In this document: one piece after another, positions 56,121 through 64,000 of the stretch
Numbering within the stretch: position 1 is the first letter of the stretch
Layout of the letters: each line of letters opens with the position of its first letter
Virus record (IMG/VR): IMGVR_UViG_3300045119_000157
Span: 19,579 to 83,578 of that record
From: a virus
Length of the DNA stretch: 64,000 bases
Reading direction: 5' to 3' (one strand)
Notes under the pieces: generated by a model
The model's database searches: none
Seen by the model: the letters and a program-made list of their open reading frames with translations, nothing else
What the model was told of the DNA's origin: nothing
Translations under genes and position numbers: made by a program

Positions 56121-57368
56121 ATGGATACCACCACACGAAACGCGACTCTCACGGACCTCGCGGTGATGCTGCGCGAGCAGCACGCCCGGAAGCTCGACAT
56201 GGTCGTGCCCGCCAGCCAGATCCGCTCGGAGGAGGGCGTCCTCGTGGTCGCCGGAGCCGAAGCGCAGATCGACCTTGACGGTGTCACCGTCGCCGACGGC
56301 GAGTACCGGCCGACGGTGATCTGTGACGAGGGGATCGCGGACAAGCTCGGCGTCCCCGTCGCGTACCTGAAGCGGATGCGCGAGTCCCGCCCGGACCTGT
56401 ACGACGCCAACGTGAACGGCTGGCTGCACGGCTACGAAGGCCGTGTCGAGAACCTCGTCGTGACCGGCGAAGACGCAGTCGAAGCGGACACCCGGTCGTT
56501 CCTGCTCCGCTGCTTCCGCGGCGACGTCGGGAAGCAGGGCATCGCCCGTGCGTTCCTGTCGAACGGCTACAAGGTCATCGACCACCTCGACGTCCTCACC
56601 GCCACACTCGACGGGATCCGCGAGTCCGGCACGCCGGTCGACATCATCGGCTGCGACCTGACCGACCGGAAGATGTACGTCCGAGTCGCGGCACCCGAGA
56701 TCGCGGTCCTCGCGCCGACGCTGCTCGCCGGGTACCGCTCACCGGCTTTCGAGCACGGCCGCGGCCGTGACGCCTGGTCCTCGATCGACCGGATCCGCGA
56801 GGTCGCCGCGCGTGAGGGGAAGGGCTACGAGCCGGGGAAGGAGCCGGTCGTGTTCGCCGGGTTCGAGATCAGCAACAGCGAGACGGGCGGCGGCGCATCG
56901 ACGATCACGCCTCGCCTGATCGTGGAGATCTGCCGGAACGGGTTGAAGATCCAGCAGGACATTCTCCGTGCCGTGCATCTCGGGTCGAAGATGGACGACG
57001 GGATCGTCCGCTGGTCCGATGACACGCAGCGGAAGCAGTTGCAGTTGATCACCGCTCAGGCCCGCGACGCGGTCGCGACGTTCCTCGACGTCGAGTACGT
57101 CAAGACGGCTGTCGGCCGGTTGGAGGCGAAGGCGGGCACGCCGGTCCGCCACGCGGCGGAGACAGTCGAGACGGTCTGCAAGACGCTCCGGTTCAGCGAG
57201 GAGCACACCGCGGGCGTCCTCGATCACTTCATCCAGGGCGGGCAGATGACGGCGGGTGGCGTGATGCAGGCGGTCACGTCGTTCGCTCAGACCATCATGG
57301 ACGCCGACGACGCGGCAGCGTTCGAAGCGCAGGGTGTCCGTGCACTGGAACTCGCGGCACAGTCGTAG
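56121..57368 (+). CDS. DUF932-like protein
   Basis: RAFLS..Y..ID, G..ISNSETG.G, .C.NG, H.G motifs. Confidence 0.7.
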   Translation: MDTTTRNATLTDLAVMLREQHARKLDMVVPASQIRSEEGVLVVAGAEAQIDLDGVTVADGEYRPTVICDEGIADKLGVPVAYLKRMRESRPDLYDANVNGWLHGYEGRVENLVVTGEDAVEADTRSFLLRCFRGDVGKQGIARAFLSNGYKVIDHLDVLTATLDGIRESGTPVDIIGCDLTDRKMYVRVAAPEIAVLAPTLLAGYRSPAFEHGRGRDAWSSIDRIREVAAREGKGYEPGKEPVVFAGFEISNSETGGGASTITPRLIVEICRNGLKIQQDILRAVHLGSKMDDGIVRWSDDTQRKQLQLITAQARDAVATFLDVEYVKTAVGRLEAKAGTPVRHAAETVETVCKTLRFSEEHTAGVLDHFIQGGQMTAGGVMQAVTSFAQTIMDADDAAAFEAQGVRALELAAQS

Positions 57369-57378
57369 CCGCTAGGTC

Positions 57379-57426
57379 GCTCGACGGCCGGGTTCTCGTA
57401 TCGCCCCGAGACCCGGTCCGTCGAGC
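57379..57426 (+). terminator. Long hairpin, probable terminator
   Basis: GCTCGACGG-CCGGGT-TCTCG / CGAGA-CCCGG-T-CCGTCGAGC. Confidence 0.7.
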
Positions 57427-57880
57427 ATTCAACTTGTCCGAGGGAGAACTGATGATGGAGGGAGTCGAGTTATGCGCGAGGTGCCGAGGGGAACGCCGGG
57501 TCGTCCGGAACGGGCTGCCGGTGAAGTGCCCGGCCTGTCATGGGTCTGGCTTGTGGTCGCCGTCGCCGTTGGAGCCGTCGCGGCGGGTGCGGCTGGTGTG
57601 GCTGTCATCTGGATCGCGGGCGTCGGCGGCTGGTTCCGGTTCACCGTCGCGCTGCTGATCGTGGGGATCTGCGCGCCGATCATCCACAGGTCGCAGCCGT
57701 GACCGCCGCCGATGACGTGTTGTCTCTAGATGAATGGCTCTCGATCGCCTCGGCCATCGGGCGCGCCGAACGTCAGATGCGGTCGCTCACCAAAGTCGGG
57801 GATGTGCGAGCGGAGGATCTGTCTCTGCTCGACGATGCCTGGAATCATCTATGGCGGATGCGTCGGGAAGGGCGCATCTA

Positions 57881-58273
57881 ATGAGCACGCCGGGTCCGGC
57901 TTCGCGGCTGCGGACGCTGTATCGCCGCCGGGAGTGGCTGAAGGACAGGCTGACTGGCGATCTGACACCGGGCGCTCACCGTGCCGCTGCGGAGGAGCTA
58001 GAAGCGTTCGAGTGGATGCTCCCGATCGTTGAGCAGGTCGTCGTGAACGTCAACGCTGAGGCGTACGACGTGAACAGGCAGCGCGTCGAGAACGGGTGGC
58101 GTGTCGTGGCGAAGCGCGCTGCGAGGTTCATGTTCAGCGTCGACATCGAGGAGTGGGACCGACTCGTGTCGGGTGTCCCGCCGCAGGTTGAAAGGTCGCT
58201 CCGTGGCGACGTGGAACGCTGTCTCGCTCGCGCGAGCGGCGCATCGCCCCCGTGGCACAGGCAGATGCCGTAA
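57881..58273 (+). CDS. Hypothetical protein
   Basis: TAATG coupling with the upstream small ORF. Confidence 0.5.
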   Translation: MSTPGPASRLRTLYRRREWLKDRLTGDLTPGAHRAAAEELEAFEWMLPIVEQVVVNVNAEAYDVNRQRVENGWRVVAKRAARFMFSVDIEEWDRLVSGVPPQVERSLRGDVERCLARASGASPPWHRQMP

Positions 58274-58430
58274 CGTTTCCGTAACGACGATATGAGGGCG
58301 AGCGGCCCGGCCAGCGACGACGACGTCCAGGCCAGCGCCACGCCGGGCGAGACCATCGTGTCCGCCGGGTGCTTCACTCGCTAGACCTCGGCGTAACCGC
58401 GCTGCCCCGACCGACCCTCGGAGGGGACAG

Positions 58431-58988
58431 TTGCGCCGATTCCTAGCCGTATCCTGCTTTGCCGTTCTCGTGTTCGGAGCCGTAGCGGCTCACCACCCGC
58501 AAGCCCCGACAGCGTCCGTGACGGCCGCAGCGCCGGGTAGCCCGTTCCCGCCCGTCTGGTCGCTCTCACAGGCACCTAGCGCCGTATCCGCGGCTTCCAT
58601 GACCGCAGCCGGGATACGAGCACGGGACGTGGACCGCTGGTACGCGACCGCCGCCGCGGACGCCCCGGTCGTGTACGAGATCCGCGGCAAGAACCGGGTC
58701 GTGTCGCTACCGCGGAAGTCGGACACGCCCACGACGACGGCGGGGAACGGGACGTGCGGCGGCGACCTCCCATCGTGCTCGATCATGCGATGCGAGTCCG
58801 GCGGCAACACGACCGCGGTGAACCACAACTCGATCCGCCCGGCCGGTAAATGGCAGATCACGACCGGAACGTGGGGCGGGTACGGCGGCTACGCGACAGC
58901 GGATCAGGCGCCTGAAGCGGTGCAGGACGCGAAGGCGCGGGAGCTATGGCGGGGCGGCGCCGGGCGAGGCCAGTGGGCGTGCCGCTGA
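58431..58988 (+). CDS. Secreted Rpf-like lytic transglycosylase
   Basis: Signal-peptide-like N-terminus; CESGGN, G.WQI...TW..YGG, A....Q...A..L...G..QW.C. Confidence 0.8.
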   Translation: MRRFLAVSCFAVLVFGAVAAHHPQAPTASVTAAAPGSPFPPVWSLSQAPSAVSAASMTAAGIRARDVDRWYATAAADAPVVYEIRGKNRVVSLPRKSDTPTTTAGNGTCGGDLPSCSIMRCESGGNTTAVNHNSIRPAGKWQITTGTWGGYGGYATADQAPEAVQDAKARELWRGGAGRGQWACR

Positions 58989-59065
58989 CTGTTCACCGGC
59001 CGTTCGTGGACAGGTTGTGGATATGACCGTTTGCCGGGTCGGGTAGCTGGGTACACTCGACGGGC

Positions 59066-59419
59066 GTGGACATGTTCACCGCCCGCGAAGTCCGTGTCAC
59101 CGCCGGGCTAACCCCGGAGGCGCTCGACTACTGGACCCGCACCGCTCTCATCGTTCCCGACGGCGGTCTGTACTCGGCCCGGTCGCTGAGCCTCGCTGTC
59201 GTGCTCGCTGAGGCGTCCCGGCTCGGCGCTCCCGGCATCACCCTCGCTCGTATCGCTGCCCGCCTGACGGGCGAGCCGCACGAGTGGCCGGACCTGTGGA
59301 TCACGTCGCACGGCGAGGTCCACTTCGACGACGACGCGCCCGCGTCGATCGTGCTGCACACCCGCCGGGTGCTCGCGCACGCCGCGCCGATGCTGCACCA
59401 CGCCCTCTCCGCCGCGTAG
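59066..59419 (+). CDS. MerR-like HTH protein
   Basis: FTAREV...AGLT...LDYW.R..LI.P. Confidence 0.65.
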   Translation: MDMFTAREVRVTAGLTPEALDYWTRTALIVPDGGLYSARSLSLAVVLAEASRLGAPGITLARIAARLTGEPHEWPDLWITSHGEVHFDDDAPASIVLHTRRVLAHAAPMLHHALSAA

Positions 59420-59685
59420 CCTCAGGGTTCGCCGACCCGTGTCTCCTCGGGGACCGGGCTGCGGAGGCCCGCCCGCCGTGGCGGGCTTCTGCGTATCCCG
59501 CGCCGGGCCGGGTGTGGACATCTACCGTTCCGGGTGTGGACGTGTGGGCGGACCTCGGCGACGACGAGCTTCGTGCACGCCTGTCGGCCCGGCTGTCTGA
59601 CGCCGGGTTCGTGGACTGGCTGGTGTGGCAGCGCGAGAACGAGGACGTGATCCCGCACCTCGCCGCCGTCCTCGCAGATTAGGAC

Positions 59686-59714
59686 TGGACAAGCCCGTAC
59701 ACCGGGTGTACGTT
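59686..59714 (+). promoter_or_regulatory. Class A promoter/operator, copy 10
   Basis: TGGACA-17-TACGTT, perfect palindrome; ATG at 59721. Confidence 0.85.
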
Positions 59715-59720
59715 GTACCC

Positions 59721-60017
59721 ATGACCACGAAGGAGACTCCGATGGAGACCACGACAGCGAAGAACCCCGGCGAGCAGGTGCTCGTCGATGCCGGTATCAC
59801 CAGCCCGACTGCATGGCGAGCCTTCAAGGCCGAAGCCCACTACGTCATGAACTGCACGGGCGGCCGGTACTCCGACGCCATGCGGACCGCCGTGAGCCAC
59901 GGCCTGAATGACCTCACCAGCCCGGTAGCGCAGGGCATCGTGGCCGAGTGGGCGGCGCAGGACATCAACCTTCCCGGCACGCCTGAGCGTGACCTCAACG
60001 CAGGCTGGGGGCTGTGA
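59721..60017 (+). CDS. Hypothetical cassette protein
   Basis: Leaderless ATG, with in-frame SD-led ATG at 59742. Confidence 0.6.
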   Translation: MTTKETPMETTTAKNPGEQVLVDAGITSPTAWRAFKAEAHYVMNCTGGRYSDAMRTAVSHGLNDLTSPVAQGIVAEWAAQDINLPGTPERDLNAGWGL

Positions 60018-60163
60018 TGAGTGCGAAGCCGAACTGCCCGTTCTGCGGCGAGACCGGCCGTGAGCGCGATACAGACCGCGAGCCACGACCCATGTGGGTT
60101 TGCGCGGGTTGCGGAATGACATGGGACGAGGCACGGCAAGCGGCGAAGGAGGCGGCGCGCTGA
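60017..60163 (+). CDS. 48-aa Zn-ribbon protein
   Basis: CPFCG...CAGCG; TGATG coupling at both ends; not in the ORF track. Confidence 0.55.
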   Translation: MSAKPNCPFCGETGRERDTDREPRPMWVCAGCGMTWDEARQAAKEAAR

Positions 60164-60834
60164 TGCCGCGGGGTCTACGAGCCGCGGTGCTGAACACCGA
60201 AGCGGCGATGCGCGAGCAGGCGTACGTGACGATGATCTTCGCCGCGGAGGCGTGGCTGCCCGCTGCGTGCTGGTGTGACACGGAGATGATCGGGGTGCAG
60301 CAGCGCGAGGTCTGGTGGGGCGTGACGCGGTCCTGCGGCCGTCCGCGCTGTGTGCACCCGGAGACGGGCGAGCAGCGCCTCGGGATGGGCGTCAGCCCGG
60401 CGGGCGTCGTGTACGACGTCTCGTGCCTCGAATGGGACGGCGTCGGCCTGTACACGTCGGGACGGTCGGGCGGTCCCGTCGGGCCACGGAACCCGGCACG
60501 CGTGCTCGCCCGCCGTGTCCGGAGAAGCGACGGAGACGCCCCTGTGTGCGCCCCTAAGCGCCGCGAGGCGGCACACCCGCCGTACCGGGCACCGAACCGG
60601 GTGCAGACGGCGAGACAGGGACGGCAGCCGGACCCGGAAGTCGCTCGGCGTCGTGACCTCGTCGCCGGGCTGTACGAACTCGGCCTCGGGTACCGCGAGA
60701 TCCACGCCCGCCTCGAAGCCCAGTTTCCTGGCGTGTCCGTGGCGGCGATCCAGCAGGACTTCCAGCTTGTCCGCGGTCGTGGCGTGTTGGCGGGAAGATG
60801 GACTGGACAGCCAGGTACACCGGGTGTACATTGA
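60163..60834 (+). CDS. Cys-containing protein with C-terminal HTH
   Basis: RR..V..L...G..YREI...L.....S...I..D. Confidence 0.55.
   Translation: MPRGLRAAVLNTEAAMREQAYVTMIFAAEAWLPAACWCDTEMIGVQQREVWWGVTRSCGRPRCVHPETGEQRLGMGVSPAGVVYDVSCLEWDGVGLYTSGRSGGPVGPRNPARVLARRVRRSDGDAPVCAPKRREAAHPPYRAPNRVQTARQGRQPDPEVARRRDLVAGLYELGLGYREIHARLEAQFPGVSVAAIQQDFQLVRGRGVLAGRWTGQPGTPGVH
60804..60832 (+). promoter_or_regulatory. Class A promoter/operator, copy 11
   Basis: TGGACA-17-TACATT, perfect palindrome; ATG at 60839. Confidence 0.85.
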
Positions 60835-60838
60835 GCAC

Positions 60839-61057
60839 ATGGAGAAGCCGATGAGCATGAACAGCGAGAAGTCCACGGTCAGGGTGCAGCCGATGTTCGG
60901 CTCCAACAGCCGCTGGTACGTCGAGGTCGAGACGGTCCGCACCATCAAGGGTGCCACGACAGTCGAGTACCGGACGGCCGGGAAGTTCGCAGCCAAGTCC
61001 GTCGCAGACCGGGCAGCCGCCAAGGTGGCAGCCGAAGTCCACGGGACCGTCCGATGA
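60839..61057 (+). CDS. Hypothetical cassette protein (MEKPM start)
   Basis: ATGGAGAAGCCGATG. Confidence 0.65.
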   Translation: MEKPMSMNSEKSTVRVQPMFGSNSRWYVEVETVRTIKGATTVEYRTAGKFAAKSVADRAAAKVAAEVHGTVR

Positions 61058-61311
61058 GCGTGACACCGCACACGGACGGCATGATCCGCGTCCAACACGA
61101 CTCACTCCCGTACGGGTACGCCGACGGCTACCTGACCGACGACGGCCTGTTCGTCACCCGCCGCGACGGCGCCGGATGGCTGTGGGACGTGTGGGCCAGC
61201 GTCGAAGCGTTCTGCACGCACCGCAACAACCCGGCGGCACTCGTCGCCGGGAACATGAACCTCGCCGCCGCGCTCGCGGCAGCGACCGAACAAGGAGAAT
61301 CCGATGGATGA
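61054..61311 (+). CDS. Hypothetical protein
   Basis: Coupled ORF. Confidence 0.55.
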   Translation: MSVTPHTDGMIRVQHDSLPYGYADGYLTDDGLFVTRRDGAGWLWDVWASVEAFCTHRNNPAALVAGNMNLAAALAAATEQGESDG

Positions 61312-61582
61312 CATGACCATGACCGCACCGGGCGTAGACGCCTGGTTCCGTGAGGAAGGCCGGTCGCCGTTCCAGACAGCGGTCGCGTGGTGCCGCCTCG
61401 TAGACGCCGAGAACTCGGTGAACTTCGTGACGGGCACGCTGAACCATCCCGCCGTCGAAGCACTCGCCGCGCTGCGCCGCGAGGTGTGGAACCTGCTCTC
61501 GGAGCAGACCGCGTCAGACGCCGAGACACGCCAGATGTTCCTCGACCGTGCCCGCAGCTACGTGAGAGGCGAAGACCGATGA
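61304..61582 (+). CDS. Hypothetical protein
   Basis: AAGGAGAATCCGATG start. Confidence 0.6.
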   Translation: MDDMTMTAPGVDAWFREEGRSPFQTAVAWCRLVDAENSVNFVTGTLNHPAVEALAALRREVWNLLSEQTASDAETRQMFLDRARSYVRGEDR

Positions 61583-61809
61583 CCCGCACGGTGAACGTCC
61601 CGCTCCGCTGGCTGCCCGGCACGAACGGCACCCAGTGGGCGAACGCGAAGACCCGCAGCAACCTGCTGGTGAAGGTCACGTTCCACCCGTCGTCGGGTTA
61701 CACGGTCGAGGAGGTCGACGAACTGACCGGCCAGCCGGTGAAGACGCTGTCCGGGTCGTTCGCGACGCAGGCCGAAGCCGTCATGGCGTACGGGTTGGAG
61801 GCACCATGA
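61579..61809 (+). CDS. Hypothetical protein
   Basis: ATGA overlaps. Confidence 0.55.
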   Translation: MTRTVNVPLRWLPGTNGTQWANAKTRSNLLVKVTFHPSSGYTVEEVDELTGQPVKTLSGSFATQAEAVMAYGLEAP

Positions 61810-62075
61810 AGACCTACGAGGTGGACGTGACAGCGCAGGCGCTCCGGGTCATGAAAGTCCGGGCAGCGTCAGCACGCGAAGCGCTCGAACTGGCGTCGCT
61901 CCGTATCCGAGGGCGTTCCGGGCCGTGGACGATCGACTTCCCCGGCGTAGAGGACGAACACTTCACAGTCAGCCTGGACGGCGAAATCCTCGGCCCGAAC
62001 TCCGAGGGCGACTTCAGCGAGTACATGACCTACGACGATGAGGAGCAGCAGGACGATGACGACGAAGACGCCTGA
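61806..62075 (+). CDS. Hypothetical acidic-tailed protein
   Basis: GGAGG SD; MKTYEVDV. Confidence 0.55.
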   Translation: MKTYEVDVTAQALRVMKVRAASAREALELASLRIRGRSGPWTIDFPGVEDEHFTVSLDGEILGPNSEGDFSEYMTYDDEEQQDDDDEDA

Positions 62076-62271
62076 CGGGCTGGCCGACGTGAAACGCGCG
62101 GCGCGGGCTGTCACCCGGATCGAGACACGCCTCGACACAGCGAAGGCGATCCGCGACGCCGCGATCGCTGACGCGTTCTCGTCGGGGGTCGGGACACGCC
62201 CGATCGCTGCGGTGACGGGCCTGTCGAACTCGGGTGTCCGCAAGATCCTCGGCATCGGCAGTCCACAGTGA
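62056..62271 (+). CDS. Small HTH protein
   Basis: RDAAI..A...G...R.IA..TGLS..GV.KIL. Confidence 0.65.
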   Translation: MTTKTPDGLADVKRAARAVTRIETRLDTAKAIRDAAIADAFSSGVGTRPIAAVTGLSNSGVRKILGIGSPQ

Positions 62272-62794
62272 ACGTCGAGATCACGGTCGACGTCACCGTC
62301 GCTGATGATGCTGATGTCAGCGCGCTCGGTGACGACCTGTTCGGGTTCCTCTGCGATGATCCTGACGACCTGTTCCCGGCCATCGAGACGGTCTGGTCAT
62401 GGCGCGGGCGGACGCTGCCGTGACGATCACGTTCGAGCCGCTCCCGGTGCGTCCGCTCCCATCCCGCGTCGAGGCACGCGAGGCACGCCAGCGGGTAGCG
62501 GCGGAGATGCGCCGCCGTCGCCTGTGGACGAAGGCGGAGACACGGGCGTTCTACGATCGGCTCGTGCACCACGACAAGCTGCGTCTCGGGCGCGCTGTCA
62601 TCGACGCGATCAGCCAGGCCGGACGATGACGACGCCGTCCAAGAGCCGATGGGCGCTCGATCCCGTCGTGGCGGTCGGGATGATCGTGGCGGTCCTCGCC
62701 GCGTGGCTGCTAGTCGAGTTCGTCCTATGAGACCTCAGGTGTCGGCGCCGCTTTAGCGGTACCGGCGATAGCACCCGAGGGGAGGTGAAAGCTC

Positions 62795-62953
62795 ATGCCG
62801 TTCCACAGCACCATCACGGACAACATCGCGGGTAACGCGGAGGCGTCCAAGCTGGCAGCGACGGGACTAGTGGCGCTGCTCATGGCGTACGCCGGTCGCG
62901 TGATCGTGAAGCGCAAGGATCTCCGCGCTGACGAGACGTTCGACGCCGCCTGA
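62795..62953 (+). CDS. 52-aa peptide with one hydrophobic helix
   Basis: GGGAGGTG SD; MPFHSTITDNIAGNAEASKLAATGLVALLMAYAGRVIVKRK...; not in the ORF track. Confidence 0.6.
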   Translation: MPFHSTITDNIAGNAEASKLAATGLVALLMAYAGRVIVKRKDLRADETFDAA

Positions 62954-62960
62954 CAAGTTC

Positions 62961-63009
62961 GTGGTGGCGGCTCTCCTACGTCGGGGGACTGCCGGGGAGC
63001 CGCCATCAC
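62961..63009 (+). terminator. Hairpin, probable terminator
   Basis: GTGGTGGCGGCTCTCC / GGGGAGCCGCCATCAC. Confidence 0.7.
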
Positions 63010-63017
63010 CGCACCGC

Positions 63018-63046
63018 TGGACAGATCCGTACACCGGGTGTATATT
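63018..63046 (+). promoter_or_regulatory. Class A promoter/operator, copy 12
   Basis: TGGACA-17-TATATT, GTACACCGGGTGTAT; ATG at 63053. Confidence 0.85.
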
Positions 63047-63052
63047 GACGGT

Positions 63053-63343
63053 ATGGAGACGCCGATGAGCACGCAGATCGAGCAGGCAGCAGCAGCCGCA
63101 GACTTCGGTGAGCCGACCGCCCGCAAGGCGGGGCGGGATACCCGCTGGCCGTATGTGCCCGTGCTCCTTGTGGAGGGACGGCAGGCGCAGATCCGGGGAC
63201 TCGCCTACGAGACCCGCGCTGAGGCCGTCGAAGCAGCCGAGCGCCACATCACCGCAGCACGCCGGACACTGGCGGCCCGCCTCGCTGAGCCTCGCTGTCG
63301 GGCGCTCCGCGAGCAGTACGGGCTACCCCGCGACATCCGCTAG
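63053..63343 (+). CDS. Hypothetical cassette protein (METPM start)
   Basis: ATGGAGACGCCGATG. Confidence 0.65.
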   Translation: METPMSTQIEQAAAAADFGEPTARKAGRDTRWPYVPVLLVEGRQAQIRGLAYETRAEAVEAAERHITAARRTLAARLAEPRCRALREQYGLPRDIR

Positions 63344-63377
63344 CCGACCGGCTCGCGCCGTGTAGCGTCCTACCCCG

Positions 63378-64000
63378 ATGCCCGGCGCTACTCGTTGCCC
63401 GTTCGCTGCATGGCGACCCATCTCCGCGAACTACACGCCCCGCGGCCGCAAGACGATCCGAGGGTTCGTCCCGCACGTACAGGTCGGATACGGATCACTA
63501 TGGGAGTTCTTCAACACCCCGAAGCCGCCCGGCCAGGGCGCGTCCGCTGACTTCTGGTGCAGCCAGTCCGGCGTCCTCGAACAGTACGTCGACCTTCGCG
63601 ACGCAGCATGGGCGCAGGGCAGCACGACGCACAACGGGAACCCGTACATGGCGTCCTGCGAGTTCGAAGGCCAACCGAGCGAACCGATGACTCCCGCTCA
63701 GATCCAGATGGGCGGACATCTCATCGCGTGGCTGCGCGCCGAGAACGCTGACTGGCCGCTGGTCATCTCGTATGACCCGAACGCTGCGGGCGTCATGCCG
63801 CACCACGTCTTCGGCGGCGGACACACTTGTCCTTGCCCGCCGTCCGGCCCGTGCGTCCGCGAAGCTCAGTTCCCCGACCTCGTCGCTGCCGCGTCCGGCC
63901 CGAAACCACCACCTACACCCGTCCCGGCACCGCCGGTCAACCTAGAGGACTACCCCGTGAACTTCATTCTCAGCGACAGCGGTCGGGGAACTGAGCTTCG
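63378..64000 (+). CDS. N-acetylmuramoyl-L-alanine amidase endolysin (3'-truncated)
   Basis: Manual translation: FVPHVQVG, SADFW....G.LEQYVD...AWAQ, N....S.EFEG, T.AQI, H...HTCP; open to the window end. Confidence 0.75.
   Translation, partial: MPGATRCPFAAWRPISANYTPRGRKTIRGFVPHVQVGYGSLWEFFNTPKPPGQGASADFWCSQSGVLEQYVDLRDAAWAQGSTTHNGNPYMASCEFEGQPSEPMTPAQIQMGGHLIAWLRAENADWPLVISYDPNAAGVMPHHVFGGGHTCPCPPSGPCVREAQFPDLVAAASGPKPPPTPVPAPPVNLEDYPVNFILSDSGRGTEL

Noticed and set aside
58274-58430. c-di-AMP (ydaO) riboswitch before the Rpf-like gene
   Set aside because: The conserved ydaO sequence blocks were not recognisable by eye; kept only as an unclassified structured leader.
1195-63046. Class A repeats as a CRISPR array or integron attC sites
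   Set aside because: Copies are dispersed over hundreds to tens of thousands of bases with no regular spacers. No cas gene or tyrosine integrase was recognised and there are no attC core sites. Promoter geometry explains them better.
590-63824. Long minus-strand ORFs (e.g. 7468-9108, 31973-33439, 48463-49521)
   Set aside because: Shadows of high-GC plus-strand genes: Arg/Pro-rich, without motifs, fully overlapping better-supported genes.
1-64000. tRNA, rRNA, integrase/att site, terminase, DNA polymerase
   Set aside because: None recognised. They may lie outside the window, so lifestyle cannot be assigned.

Overview
A 64 kb segment of a high-GC tailed dsDNA phage (siphovirus-like, probably infecting an actinobacterium). 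Essentially all credible genes lie on the + strand. The order is: accessory and glycosyltransferase region (1-8.2 kb); portal/MuF, protease, scaffold-fused major capsid, tail tube, fibres, head-tail connectors, frameshifting tail chaperones and a 2483-aa tape measure (8.5-38 kb); membrane/holin genes; recombination and replication genes (Gam-like, RecT-like, HTH initiator, UvrD-like helicase); a 7-deazaguanine DNA-modification module (ParB-like, DpdA-like fused to a DpdL-like T-fold domain, QueD, QueE, PRTase-FolE fusion); many small ORFs, an Rpf-like transglycosylase and a truncated amidase endolysin. No terminase, integrase, DNA polymerase or QueC was recognised. The most striking unexplained structure is regulatory. 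Twelve dispersed copies of a promoter-like element (TGGACA-17/18 nt-TAnnnT, containing the palindrome GTACACCGGGTGTAC) each head a small-gene cassette, four of them inside or just ahead of the head-gene region. They alternate with a second palindromic element (GTAG-N4-CTAC) and co-occur with a conserved start motif, AWGGARAMNCCGATG. All functional calls come from motif recognition by eye, not database searches.
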